DNA from: an uncultured Aquificales bacterium | Lineage (GTDB): Bacteria > Thermosulfidibacterota > Thermosulfidibacteria > Thermosulfidibacterales > JALWSI01 | Direction of reading: 5' to 3' | DNA: 40,374 bases | Assembly (NCBI GenBank): GCA_964569095.1 | Contig: CAZMTB010000135.1 | Coordinates: 1 to 40,374, forward strand | Shown here: one piece after another, positions 16,122 to 25,134 of the stretch | How positions within the stretch are numbered: the first letter of the stretch is position 1 | How the letters are laid out: each line of letters begins with the position of its first letter | Made by a program: the position numbers and the translations under genes | The notes under the pieces: model-generated | What the model saw: only the letters and a program-made list of their open reading frames with translations | The model's database searches: none | Told to the model about the DNA's origin: nothing

Positions 16122-17180
16122 CTACTCTCCCCTTACCTGGTGCATCCCGGAGCTTGCCGGATTGAACACCACTCCCTTCTCGGTCACAATTGCGGTGATG
16201 AGTTGAGGGGGAGTAACGTCGAAAGCAGGGTTGTAGATGGAGGTTTGGGGCGTGGTGATGGGACTACCCCCGCAACGGGATACCTCTTTTGAGTCCCTCT
16301 CCTCTATGGGTATCTCCCAACCCTCTTTCATCTCCCAGTCTATGGTAGAGGTGGGAGCCGCCACGTAAAATGGTATCCCGTGATGAGAGGCCAGCACCGC
16401 TAAGGGGTAGGTGCCTATCTTGTTTGCAACGAAGCCTTGGGAGGTGATCCTGTCTGCACCTACCACCACGGCATCCACCTCTCCCCTTTGCATCAGCCAT
16501 CCCGCCATGTTGTCGGTGATCAGTGTGTGGGGAATCTCCTCCTTGGCCAGTTCCCACGCTGTGAGGCGTGCCCCTTGGAGCAAGGGCCTGGTTTCGTCCA
16601 CCCAGACCTTGGCCACCTTGCCGTTGGCAAACCCCCAGCGTATGACCCCCAAGGCGGTACCGTATCCACCGGTTGCCAGTGCACCTGCGTTGCAGTGGGT
16701 CAACACCCGGGAACCGGGCTTCAGCAACCTGCCCCCGTACTCCCCTATCCGGAGGTTCTGCTCCTTGTCCTCTTCCCAGATTCTGAACGCCTCTCTGGTT
16801 ACCACCTCTCGCAGGTTCGCCTCTTCTGACCCTTCTGCTGCACGCATCACCCTCTCTATGGCCCAGAACAGGTTAACTGCAGTGGGACGACTCGATGCCA
16901 GGGGCACCTTTGATGCCTTGAGGGCCTTCAGGCCCTCTTCCTTTGAGTGGGTTTCGGTCTCCCACAGGGCCAGGGCCATTCCGAAGGCAGCTGCTATGCC
17001 TATCGCTGGAGCGCCCCTCACCACCATCTCCTTGATGGCCTGTGCCACCTGATGCGGGGTACGGCACTCTACCCACTCCTCCCTTTCGGGCAACCCTCTC
17101 TGGTCGAGCAGTTGAAGCACCCCTTCTTCGAACCTGAGCGGAGAGAACAGCTCAATCACCTCCCAGGAGTCCTGCGGCAT
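16122..17180 (-). CDS. mtnA: Methylthioribose-1-phosphate isomerase (eIF-2B alpha/beta/delta-like family)
   Basis: LLDQRGLP, VRGAPAIGIAAAFG, THCNAGALAT, GTALGVIR and VGADRI motifs. Confidence 0.85.
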   Translation of the reverse strand: MPQDSWEVIELFSPLRFEEGVLQLLDQRGLPEREEWVECRTPHQVAQAIKEMVVRGAPAIGIAAAFGMALALWETETHSKEEGLKALKASKVPLASSRPTAVNLFWAIERVMRAAEGSEEANLREVVTREAFRIWEEDKEQNLRIGEYGGRLLKPGSRVLTHCNAGALATGGYGTALGVIRWGFANGKVAKVWVDETRPLLQGARLTAWELAKEEIPHTLITDNMAGWLMQRGEVDAVVVGADRITSQGFVANKIGTYPLAVLASHHGIPFYVAAPTSTIDWEMKEGWEIPIEERDSKEVSRCGGSPITTPQTSIYNPAFDVTPPQLITAIVTEKGVVFNPASSGMHQVRGE

Positions 17181-17448
17181 CCCTCGCGTTCATACCCTTG
17201 CACAGCAGACTCTTCTCTCTTCCCTTCTCCCCTTTTACCAGAGAGACCTGCGACTTGGCTACCTTTAGCCTCTTGGCGATCAGCTCGATAAGCTCCCTGT
17301 TGGCCTTCCCTTCGGCTGGAGGGGAGTTGAGTTTAACCTTGAGCCGTTCTCCCACCTCTCCCTCTATACCCGCTCGAGAGGCCCTGGGTTGGACCTTTAC
17401 CAGTATGACCACACCCTCGGGGTGTTCCTGGAGCCAAGACGGGATCAT
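17152..17448 (-). CDS. DUF167 (YggU) family protein
   Basis: VKVQPRASR...LKVKLNSPPAEGKAN.ELI..IAK.L.V.KS.V.LVKGEKGREK is the family pattern. Confidence 0.8.
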   Translation of the reverse strand: MIPSWLQEHPEGVVILVKVQPRASRAGIEGEVGERLKVKLNSPPAEGKANRELIELIAKRLKVAKSQVSLVKGEKGREKSLLCKGMNARDAAGLLGGD

Positions 17449-17741
17449 CCAAGTCTCAAGGATAATTGTAGCAGGGTGGTAACCAGGAAGTACTGGAGGA
17501 AGTAGATGGCAAGCAGAACGATCAAGGGCGATAGGTCTATGCCACCCATGGGTGGCACGAATCTTCTCACCCTCTGGAAGACGGGCTCTGTGGCCCTGTA
17601 GAGGAAGCGCACTATCGGGTTGTAGGGATCGGGATTAACCCAGGAGATCAGGGCCGCTATGATCACGATCCACATGTAGATGTTTAACACCATGTTGAGT
17701 ATCTGTGCTATTGCTCTCAAAAGGTTTCCCATCACAAACAC
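17445..17741 (-). CDS. yggT: YggT family membrane protein
   Basis: 98 aa with two TM segments. The block SWVNPDPYNPIVRFLYRATEPVFQRVRRFVPPMGGIDLSP is typical of YggT. It is adjacent to DUF167, as in the yggT-yggU pair of other bacteria. Confidence 0.8.
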   Translation of the reverse strand: MFVMGNLLRAIAQILNMVLNIYMWIVIIAALISWVNPDPYNPIVRFLYRATEPVFQRVRRFVPPMGGIDLSPLIVLLAIYFLQYFLVTTLLQLSLRLG

Positions 17742-17745
17742 CTCT

Positions 17746-19056
17746 TCATCTCCTTCCCATTCCCCAGTACCTGAAGCCGAGCCCCTTCATCTTTTCGGGT
17801 TCGTAGACGTTGCGCAGGTCTACCACAACGGGCTCTTTCAGAGCCTCTTTCAGCCTCTGGAGGTTGAGGTTTCTGAACTGGTTCCACTCTGTTGCGACCA
17901 CAAGCAGGTCTGCTCCCTGGGCCGCCTCGTAAGAGTCCTTTGCGTAGAATACCTCCCCTTTGCCCTTTAGCACCTCTGCCGCGGTCTTCATGGCCGCGGG
18001 ATCGAAGGCCCTCAGCTTTGCGCCCTTGTCCAGCAGCCTCAGGGCGATGTCGAGGGCGGGGGACTCTCTGATGTCGTCGGTGTTTGGTTTGAAGGAGAGT
18101 CCCAACAAGGCCACGGTTTTGCCCTTCAGGGCGCCTGCTGCCTCTTCGATCTTCTTTACGGCCACCTCCCTCTGGTGCCGGTTCACCTCTATCGTGGAGT
18201 GGACCAGCCTGAAGTTGTACCCTGCCTCCTCTGCGATCTTGCGCAGGGCCATGGTGTCTTTTGGAAAGCAGGACCCGCCGTATCCCGGCCCGGGATGGAG
18301 GAACTTCGGGCCTATCCTGCCGTCGAGGCCCATTCCCTTTGCCACCACGTGCACGTCTGCGTCCACCAGGTCGCAGAGGTTGGCTATCTCGTTGATGAAA
18401 GAGATCTTCATGGCCAAAAAGGAGTTTGAGGCGTATTTGATGAGCTCAGAGGTCTTTCTTGTGGTGAATACGAAGGGTGTGTCCCTGAGGTAGAGGGGAC
18501 GGTAGAGGTCTCTCAGTATAGCCCTGGCCGAGTCACTCTCGGTTCCTATCACCACCCTGTCCGGATGCAGGAAGTCGTAGACCGCCGAACCCTCTCTGAG
18601 GAACTCGGGATTTGAGGCCACGTCGAACTCCACATCTCCCTTCTTGGTGGAGTTGATGATGGCTTCTATCTTGTCACCAGTTCCTACCGGGACGGTGCTC
18701 TTGGTCACAACCACCTTGTAGTCGTTCAGGTTCTCGGCGATGGTTCTGGCCACCTCCTCCACGTGGGATAGGTCTGCTCCCCCGTCTCCCCGGGGAGGGG
18801 TTCCAACGGCTATGAATATGACCAGGGCCTCCCGTATGGCCCTATCTATCTCCTGGGTGAACTCCAGCCTGCCGTCCTTCACGCACTTTTCAACCAGCTC
18901 TTTCAGCCCTGGCTCGTAAAAGGGTATCTCTCCCCTGTTCAGGGTCTCTATCTTATCCTTAACCTTGTCAACGCAGATCACCTCGTTGCCGAACTCCGCA
19001 AAACCTGCAGCGGTGACGAGGCCAACGTATCCTGCTCCTATCACGGTAACTCGCAT
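17746..19056 (-). CDS. ugd: UDP-glucose 6-dehydrogenase
   Basis: VIGAGYVGL Rossmann N-terminus, the catalytic GGSCFPKD motif, and a length of 436 aa. Confidence 0.9.
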   Translation of the reverse strand: MRVTVIGAGYVGLVTAAGFAEFGNEVICVDKVKDKIETLNRGEIPFYEPGLKELVEKCVKDGRLEFTQEIDRAIREALVIFIAVGTPPRGDGGADLSHVEEVARTIAENLNDYKVVVTKSTVPVGTGDKIEAIINSTKKGDVEFDVASNPEFLREGSAVYDFLHPDRVVIGTESDSARAILRDLYRPLYLRDTPFVFTTRKTSELIKYASNSFLAMKISFINEIANLCDLVDADVHVVAKGMGLDGRIGPKFLHPGPGYGGSCFPKDTMALRKIAEEAGYNFRLVHSTIEVNRHQREVAVKKIEEAAGALKGKTVALLGLSFKPNTDDIRESPALDIALRLLDKGAKLRAFDPAAMKTAAEVLKGKGEVFYAKDSYEAAQGADLLVVATEWNQFRNLNLQRLKEALKEPVVVDLRNVYEPEKMKGLGFRYWGMGRR

Positions 19057-19069
19057 CTGGTCTCCTCTC

Positions 19070-19747
19070 TCATCTCTTCAGGTACTTGAGCGCCGGCAGG
19101 GGCTGTCCCTTGCGGCGAATCTCGAAGTGTAGGGGAAAACCGCTCTTCACGGTTCCAATTATCTCTCCTTGCATCACCCACTCTCCCTTCTCCTTTGACC
19201 ACTCCACGTTCTTCCCTGCGTAGACCGTCTCGAATCCCCCGTAATGCTGGATAATTAGCACCGAGGAGTACCCAAGCATGGAGGTGGTGCGGTAGATCAC
19301 CTTTCCGTCGCCTGCTGCCCTTACGATGCCTCCTGCCAGCTTGAGATCCAGGCCGTGGTTAACACCGTAGTCCATGTGCAACACCTTGCCTGGAAAGGCG
19401 AACTCTCCGACCCTCTTCTTTGAGTATCGGTGGCTGAGAGGGGAGGTAGAACGGCGCTTTGAGGACGGTTTGTGTGTACTCCTTCTCTTTGGAATCACCA
19501 GCACCCTGCCCACCCTTACCTTCTTGGGATCCTTGATGCCGTTGGCCCTCATTATGGCCTTGACGGAGACCCCGTATCTCTTTGCGATCCGGTAGAGGGT
19601 CTCTCCCTTCTTCACCTTGTGGTGTATGTACCCACTCTGGGTTTTTCCCCTTGCCGGGATCGTTCCCAGAGTGAAGAGGAGGAGAATGGTGATGGCCAGG
19701 AAGGCCAGCCTTTTAAAGAAGGGGCTTTCTGTTGTTGTCGTGGGCAT
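19070..19747 (-). CDS. LysM-domain M23 family metallopeptidase (NlpD-like)
   Basis: Start ATG at 19745..19747 (MPTTTTESPFFKRLAFLAITILLLF, a signal anchor). The LysM segment is HKVKKGETLYRIAKRYGVSVKAIMRANGI. The M23 C-terminus is GLDL...LHFEIRRKGQPL. The track ORF up to 20098 is a run-on. Confidence 0.85.
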   Translation of the reverse strand: MPTTTTESPFFKRLAFLAITILLLFTLGTIPARGKTQSGYIHHKVKKGETLYRIAKRYGVSVKAIMRANGIKDPKKVRVGRVLVIPKRRSTHKPSSKRRSTSPLSHRYSKKRVGEFAFPGKVLHMDYGVNHGLDLKLAGGIVRAAGDGKVIYRTTSMLGYSSVLIIQHYGGFETVYAGKNVEWSKEKGEWVMQGEIIGTVKSGFPLHFEIRRKGQPLPALKYLKR

Positions 19748-20184
19748 CAGAGGGTGTCCTCCAGGATCTTCAGGGCGTGAGCGTGGTCTGCCACCTTCAC
19801 CATACCGGGAATCTCCCAGCTCTTTAGGCCCAGCACGGTCTTGCCCGCCTTCAGAGCCAGGGCGATCTCCGAAAGGGTTCCGTATCCTCCGCCCACCGCC
19901 ACGAGTATTCTTGAGGTGGTGATGATGATGGAGTTTCTGGCGGAACCCATCCCCGTGGCTATTGGGCATAGGATGTAAGGGTTTGCCTCTTCGGTTGAGG
20001 AAGACGGTAGTATGCCCACGGTTATTCCCCCCTCTTCGGCGGCGCCACGGGCGGCCTCCTCCATCACCCCCGTGCGCCCACCGCAGACCAGTATCCAACC
20101 CCGTTGAGCTATCCCTCTTCCCAGTAGAAAGGCCTCTTCTTTGAGCTCTTCAGGGGGGGCTGCTGCCCCTATAACCCCCACCAT
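19747..20184 (-). CDS. LOG/TIGR00725-like Rossmann-fold nucleotide-binding protein
   Basis: VCGGRTGVMEEAARGA and VGGGYGTLSEIA motifs. Start set at ATG 20184 (MVGVIGAAAP). The track N-terminal extension to 20301 is a translation of the tRNA-Pro gene. Confidence 0.75.
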   Translation of the reverse strand: MVGVIGAAAPPEELKEEAFLLGRGIAQRGWILVCGGRTGVMEEAARGAAEEGGITVGILPSSSTEEANPYILCPIATGMGSARNSIIITTSRILVAVGGGYGTLSEIALALKAGKTVLGLKSWEIPGMVKVADHAHALKILEDTL

Positions 20185-20215
20185 CACGGGGGGTCTCTTT
20201 TGGATCGAAGAAGAG

Positions 20216-20292
20216 TGGTCGGGGCGAGCCGATTCGAACGGCCGACACCCAACTCCCGAAGCTGGTGCGCTACCAGGCTGCGCTACGCCCCG
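20216..20292 (-). tRNA. tRNA-Pro (anticodon CGG), CCA encoded
   Basis: Hand-folded cloverleaf: acceptor CGGGGCG/CGCCCCG, D-stem GCGC/GCGC, anticodon stem CCAGC/GTTGG with loop TTCGGGA, T-arm GGCCG-TTCGAAT-CGGCT, then ACCA. Confidence 0.9.
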
Positions 20293-20319
20293 ACTCTCCA
20301 TAGATCGTTTCGTCCTTCC

Positions 20320-20991
20320 CTAATTCCAGCCCTCCTCCCCAATGAGACGCACGAATATGCATCCCCCCAACGACTCACGCCGAAGCCTTCCCTTACCATC
20401 CTCCTTCACGATCCTCAACAGTTCTTGGTGCGATTGACTCCCTACCGGGATCACAAGCCGCCCCCCCGTGTCTAGCTGGTCAATCAAAGGTCTGGGTACC
20501 TTGGGGGCACCGGCAGTCACCATGATGGCCTGGTAGGGGGCGTGTTCCTTCCATCCCAGCGTTCCGTCTCCCACGCAGAACGAGATGTTGCTGTATCCAA
20601 GTGCCTTCAGCGTCTCCTCTGCCTTCTGTGAGAGCTCGGGCAGTCTCTCAACGGTGTAGACCCAATGACACAGCTGGGAGAGAACTGCCGTTTGGTAGCC
20701 CGAACCCGTACCTATCTCCAGCACCCTCTCGTTGCCTTTCAATTGTAGGGCCTCGGTCATTAGGGCAACGATGTAGGGTTGTGATATGGTCTGTCCCAGG
20801 CCGATGGAGAGGGGGGTGTCCTCGTAGGCCATCTCTTGCTGGTGTAGTGGAACGAAGCGGTGGCGAGGCACTTGGAGCATGGCCTCGAGAACCCTCTCGT
20901 CCTTTACGCCCCTGTGCCGGATCAGCTCCACCATCTCTCTGCGGCGCCTCTCCAGCTCTTTTTGGCGAACTTTCACAGTCTTAACTCCCAT
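20320..20991 (-). CDS. pcm: Protein-L-isoaspartate O-methyltransferase
   Basis: VPRHRFVP, ISQPYIVA and LEIGTGSGYQTA motifs. It is 223 aa and overlaps the surE end. Confidence 0.9.
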   Translation of the reverse strand: MGVKTVKVRQKELERRRREMVELIRHRGVKDERVLEAMLQVPRHRFVPLHQQEMAYEDTPLSIGLGQTISQPYIVALMTEALQLKGNERVLEIGTGSGYQTAVLSQLCHWVYTVERLPELSQKAEETLKALGYSNISFCVGDGTLGWKEHAPYQAIMVTAGAPKVPRPLIDQLDTGGRLVIPVGSQSHQELLRIVKEDGKGRLRRESLGGCIFVRLIGEEGWN

Positions 20992-21728
20992 CGGGCGCTC
21001 AGTTCTCTGAGTGCCCTGTTGTGGGTCAGGTCGAGCCTTATGGGGGTGATTGAGACGTATCCCTCTTCAACGGCCACCAGGTCGGTGTCGGCGCCGTTCT
21101 CTTCGTCTCTCACTGGGGTACCCCCCACCCAGTAGTAGGTCTTGCCCCGGGGATCCTTCATCTCCGCCAGGGTGTCCACGTAAGAGAGCTTTCCCAGCCT
21201 CGTCCACCTGATTCCCTTAAGTTCGCCGAGACCCCCGACGTCGGGTACGTTCACGTTTAGCAGGGCGTCTTTGGGAAGGCCGTACCTTGCCACCCAGGGA
21301 ACTATCCGCCTGATGACCTCTCCTGCCACCTCGAAGTTTCTTCGTTCCCCCCTGGCCAGGGATACTGCAATGGATGGGATACCCAGGATGGTTCCCTCTA
21401 TGGCTGCTGAGACCGTGCCCGAGTAGCTCACATCGTCTCCCATGTTCCCCCCGTCGTTTATTCCCGAGACCAGAAGGTCTGGTTTGGATCCTGCCAGCTT
21501 GTGTACCCCCAGGATCACGCAGTCGGTTGGAGTTCCGTCAACGGCGAAGTGGTTTGGAGCGATCTCTTCTACCCTCAAGGGGCGGTGAAGGGTTACCGAG
21601 TGGCTCGCGGCGCTCTTCTCACGGTCTGGGGCCACAACGCAACATCTTCCCAACTGAGACAGAGACTCCTCCAACACTTTGAGCCCTCTGGCCCATATGC
21701 CGTCGTCGTTGGAGAGAAGAATGAGCAT
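20973..21728 (-). CDS. surE: 5'/3'-nucleotidase SurE
   Basis: [35 protein letters not shown]. Start set at ATG 21728. The track extension to 21794 translates the tRNA-Pro gene. Confidence 0.9.
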   Translation of the reverse strand: MLILLSNDDGIWARGLKVLEESLSQLGRCCVVAPDREKSAASHSVTLHRPLRVEEIAPNHFAVDGTPTDCVILGVHKLAGSKPDLLVSGINDGGNMGDDVSYSGTVSAAIEGTILGIPSIAVSLARGERRNFEVAGEVIRRIVPWVARYGLPKDALLNVNVPDVGGLGELKGIRWTRLGKLSYVDTLAEMKDPRGKTYYWVGGTPVRDEENGADTDLVAVEEGYVSITPIRLDLTHNRALRELSARWELRL

Positions 21729-21760
21729 CTCTGGACGCCTCCGTTCTGGGAAAGGGGAGA

Positions 21761-21837
21761 TGGTCGGGGCGAGCCGATTCGAACGGCCGACCACTGACCC
21801 CCCATGCCAGTGCGCTACCAGACTGCGCCACGCCCCG
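21761..21837 (-). tRNA. tRNA-Pro (anticodon GGG), CCA encoded
   Basis: Hand-folded: acceptor CGGGGCG/CGCCCCG, anticodon stem CTGGC/GTCAG with loop ATGGGGG. The T-arm and 3' end are identical to the tRNA at 20216..20292. Confidence 0.85.
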
Positions 21838-21842
21838 AATCA

Positions 21843-21929
21843 TGGTGCCGAAGGCGGGACTCGAACCCGCACGGGCAAACGCCCACTACCCCCTCAAGAT
21901 AGCGCGTCTACCAGTTCCGCCACTTCGGC
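21843..21929 (-). tRNA. tRNA-Leu (anticodon GAG), long variable arm, CCA encoded
   Basis: GCCGAAG acceptor, anticodon stem CTATC/GGTAG with loop TTGAGGG, variable arm TGGGCGTTTGCCCGT, T-arm GCGGG-TTCGAGT-CCCGC, then ACCA. Confidence 0.9.
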
Positions 21930-21944
21930 CAACGCTGAGGGAGT

Positions 21945-21974
21945 GATGTAGTAGGGATGGGTTAGGGCTGTCAA
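21945..21974 (-). promoter_or_regulatory. Putative promoter of the tRNA-Leu/tRNA-Pro/surE transcription unit (TTGACA-18 nt-TACATC)
   Basis: On the minus strand: TTGACAgccctaacccatccctacTACATC. The -10 box ends about 15 nt upstream of the mature tRNA-Leu 5' end. Confidence 0.35.
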
Positions 21975-22008
21975 GGGGTGGAGTTGCGAAAGTTTTGGAT
22001 TTGAGACT

Positions 22009-23727
22009 TCAAGAGCACTCGTCTTTTGCCTCGCCTTTGTAGCGGGCCCTGCGTTGTCTCTCCAGTCTCCTTCCTATCTCCCACTTTCTCAGTATGTTGC
22101 GAAGGGGCTTTCCTGCAGGGGTTCGAGGAATGAACGCCACTCCCTCGATGCAGTCGGGCACCTTGTAGTCTGCGTCCAGGTTCTCTTTACAGAACTGCTT
22201 CAGTTCCCTCCTCTTCTCGATGGATAGGTCGTCTCCCCATGGGGTCACCACGAAGGCCACGATCTCTTCGTCCTCCTCGTTTCCCTCCTTTGGTAGGGAG
22301 ACCACTCCCGCGTCTTCCACGTAGGGGTGGGTGATGAGCAGCTCCTCTATCTCCAGTGGACCTATGGTCTTTCCTTCTTTGTGGATGAGGTCCTTCACCC
22401 TTGCCACGAAGTAGTAGTAGCCCGAGGGCACCCTGGTCATCACGTCTCCTAAACAGGTGTATCCGTCGACCACGTTTCTCTTTTGCTTCTCCAGGAGCTC
22501 CGGTATGCGGTGGGCGTTCCAGTAGATGACCCCCGTGGGTCCCTTCACTATCATCTTGCCCATCTCTCCTGGAGGGCAGGGCCTGTTCCTTTCATCCACT
22601 ATCTCCACCTGGAATCCCGGTATGGGAAAACCGATGGAGCCCGCCTTTGGCCTCATGCGCACCGCGTTAGAAAGCACCAGGTGTAGCATCTCGGTTGCCC
22701 CCAGTCCCTCGTAGATGGGTCTGCCCACCCTCTCTAACCACTCTCGGTAGACGGGGGGATCGAGGGTGCTACCCCCTGCGGTGCACAACCTCAGGTGTCT
22801 CATGGTCTCCTCGCTCCAGTTGGGGTATCCCAACAGGGCCTTGTAGGTGTTTGTGAGACCGGTAAGAACGGTCACCCCGTCCTTTTCGATTGCCTCCACC
22901 AGCCCTCTGGGTGAGAATTTTGGTATGAGAGAAATGGTTGAGCCTGCCCAGAAAGGTATTAGGCAGAAGGTGCCGTATCCCGCTGCCAGGCATACCGGTG
23001 CGGAGCCCCCCAGCACGTCCCCTTCCACCAGGCGCCACACGTACTTGTTCACCAGGTAGCACTCTGCCAGGATGCTCTTCACCTTGTGCACGCAGCCTTT
23101 GGGTCTCCCCGTGGTGCCCGAGGTGTGGAGAACCGCGCCTATGTCTTCAGGGTCCATCTCTTCCAGAAAGTAGGAGTCCTCTTCGGTATCTAGCATCCTG
23201 TCTAAGCAGACGTAGCCCCGTTCCCTGCACAGTTTGTCGTCTCCAATGACCATTATCCACTTGAGGGAAGGAACCTCCTCTTTCACCCCTTCTATCTTCG
23301 ATAGATACTCTGCGCTAACCACGCAAAGGGAGACCTCAACGTTGTTGAGGATGAACCTGAGGTGTTCTCTGGTCCAGTAAGGGGAGGAGGGGGTAACGAT
23401 TGCACCTATTCTCTGAAGGGCGAAGTTCACCATTATGGCCTCTCTGGTGTTGTTCAGCATGTACGAGACGCGGTCCCCTTTCTTTATTCCCAGCTTCAGC
23501 AACCCGTGGGCTATGCGCAGCGATCCCTCTTGAAGTTCCCCGTAGGTGTAGGTGGTTCCGCAGTCTTTCACCGCAATTTGGTTTCCCTTTCCCGCTGCCA
23601 CGTGCCTGTCGAGAAGGGCGTAGGCCAGATTGGCCTTCGGCGGCATCGGTACCTCAGGGGGTATGGTTATCTCCGGCCACAACTCTTTGGGCGGGAGGAA
23701 TCGTTCTTCAAGCTCTTCTCTGTTCAA
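22009..23727 (-). CDS. AMP-dependent acyl-CoA synthetase/ligase (ANL superfamily; substrate unknown, aromatic/medium-chain acid-CoA ligase-like)
   Basis: HTSGTTGRPKG (A3 motif), GLGATE, and a downstream GD...Y core. TTG start at 23727 is preceded by GAGGAGGAG. It has an unusual basic C-terminal tail, RRLERQRRARYKGEAKDECS. Confidence 0.8.
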   Translation of the reverse strand: MNREELEERFLPPKELWPEITIPPEVPMPPKANLAYALLDRHVAAGKGNQIAVKDCGTTYTYGELQEGSLRIAHGLLKLGIKKGDRVSYMLNNTREAIMVNFALQRIGAIVTPSSPYWTREHLRFILNNVEVSLCVVSAEYLSKIEGVKEEVPSLKWIMVIGDDKLCRERGYVCLDRMLDTEEDSYFLEEMDPEDIGAVLHTSGTTGRPKGCVHKVKSILAECYLVNKYVWRLVEGDVLGGSAPVCLAAGYGTFCLIPFWAGSTISLIPKFSPRGLVEAIEKDGVTVLTGLTNTYKALLGYPNWSEETMRHLRLCTAGGSTLDPPVYREWLERVGRPIYEGLGATEMLHLVLSNAVRMRPKAGSIGFPIPGFQVEIVDERNRPCPPGEMGKMIVKGPTGVIYWNAHRIPELLEKQKRNVVDGYTCLGDVMTRVPSGYYYFVARVKDLIHKEGKTIGPLEIEELLITHPYVEDAGVVSLPKEGNEEDEEIVAFVVTPWGDDLSIEKRRELKQFCKENLDADYKVPDCIEGVAFIPRTPAGKPLRNILRKWEIGRRLERQRRARYKGEAKDECS

Positions 23728-23916
23728 CTCTACTCCTCCTCAAAAGGTGGTTAGCAAGATGCCCACTGTGAGAGAACACCCACCGCCGTGGGTTTGTCAA
23801 GGTGAAGGAAGGTAGTCCTCCTTTCTGGAGGTGCAAGGCAGGAATTGGACTTTGTCCCCTTGGTTTTGTACCTTTCTGCTTAACTTTCCTGGGCGAGATG
23901 AAGCTGAGGAGGACAG

Positions 23917-25125
23917 ATGTACTGGTTGACCCGAGATAGTTGTGGACGTCCCGTTCTGTTGGCGTATCTTCCCCACGACGAGGTGTGGGAGGGAGGGATG
24001 CCGGGCAGGTGGCTGGAGAGGCAGAGCCTCGACACCTTTGGCAGGAGTGCGGGAGGAGAAGCCGAGCCACTCTCCCTGCCGTCTGCAGCCACAGTTGGTG
24101 AGCTTCGAGATGTTGCCGGCGGGGTTGGTACCCAGGTGGTGGTGCTCTCCCTTACCAGAAGGGCCTACTTTCCTCCCCTCTGGTGGAGGCCCTTGGTGGC
24201 GGCTCTTGGGGAAGGAGAGGAGGTGGTATTGGCATTGCCCATGGGTCCCTCTTTTCCTCCTTCGCAGGGGCTTCCCGTGGGATACTGGACCCCTTCCGAC
24301 CTGTGTGAGGTGGGCAGAGCCGTGTCAGGGGAGAGGAGGGAGGTGAGGGGAGAGTGTAGTCCCTGGATAGGTGCCTTTGAGGTTGAAAGGTTGGGGCACA
24401 TTGACCAGGGGTTGCCTCTTTCCGATGTTCTCAAGGCGCTGGCCCAGAAGGGGAGAGTGATGGCAGCGGGGGGGCTCGTTCACTACTTTGCGGACTTCTA
24501 CAGTAGTCCCCGGGAAGACATGTTCTCCCTGGTTCCTGCCCCTCCCAAGAGGGTGTTGGACGTGGGCTGTGCCAAGGGCGAGTTTGGCAGGTTGTTGAAG
24601 GAGAGGTGGGGATGCGAGGTTTGGGGAATCGAGCTGGTGGAGGAGTCTGCTAGGGTTGCCCGTAATGTGCTGGACAGGGTGGAGGTTATGGACGTTGAGG
24701 AGGGTTCTCCTCGCTGGAACGGCATGTTTGACCTTGTGGTTTTGGGTGACATTCTGGAGCACTTGAGGGATCCCTGGGGGTTCCTGGGGAAGGTGAGGTC
24801 CTGGATCGCTGCAGGTGGGACGGTGATCACCTCCGTACCCAACACGGGGTTCTATCCCGTGGTTAGGGCCCTGTTGCAGGGCAGATTCGACTACGTGCCT
24901 GTGGGGCTTCTCTGCGTGGAGCACCTTCGGTTCTTCACCAGGGAGACCCTTAGGGAGATGTTCGAAGAGGCGGGATTCGCAGTGGTGAGGATGGAGCCAC
25001 AACCGGCTGCTCTACCTACTCCCTATTTGAAGGAGCTGGAAGAGCTTACCAGGCTCATACCCTCTTTGGACAGGGACTCCCTTTCTGCCCCGGGCTACTA
25101 CATCGTGGCCACTCCAAGGGAGTGA
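23917..25125 (+). CDS. Two-domain protein: unknown N-terminal ~200 aa plus a C-terminal class I SAM-dependent methyltransferase
   Basis: ATG 23917 is preceded by AGGAGG. The C-terminal half has VLDVGCAKGEFG (SAM motif I), DLVVLGDILEHL (motif II/III) and GGTVITSVPN. I recognise nothing in the N-terminal half. Confidence 0.7.
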   Translation: MYWLTRDSCGRPVLLAYLPHDEVWEGGMPGRWLERQSLDTFGRSAGGEAEPLSLPSAATVGELRDVAGGVGTQVVVLSLTRRAYFPPLWWRPLVAALGEGEEVVLALPMGPSFPPSQGLPVGYWTPSDLCEVGRAVSGERREVRGECSPWIGAFEVERLGHIDQGLPLSDVLKALAQKGRVMAAGGLVHYFADFYSSPREDMFSLVPAPPKRVLDVGCAKGEFGRLLKERWGCEVWGIELVEESARVARNVLDRVEVMDVEEGSPRWNGMFDLVVLGDILEHLRDPWGFLGKVRSWIAAGGTVITSVPNTGFYPVVRALLQGRFDYVPVGLLCVEHLRFFTRETLREMFEEAGFAVVRMEPQPAALPTPYLKELEELTRLIPSLDRDSLSAPGYYIVATPRE

Positions 25126-25134
25126 GAGATACCC

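Noticed and set aside
19748-20098. N-terminal 117-aa extension of the LysM/M23 peptidase ORF.
   Set aside because: It is a Gly/Arg/His-rich run-on overlapping the LOG-like gene. A proper signal-anchor start (MPTTTTESPFFKRLAFLAI) exists at 19747, with an ATG/TGA overlap.
20185-20301. N-terminal extension of the LOG-like ORF ([29 protein letters not shown]...). Analogous extensions or ORFs occur at 21729..21794, 21619..21843, 21593..21805, 20141..20323 and 21679..21951.
   Set aside because: These peptides are translations of the tRNA-Pro and tRNA-Leu genes. The GVAQ.GSA and [10 protein letters not shown] strings come from the D- and T-arm sequences.
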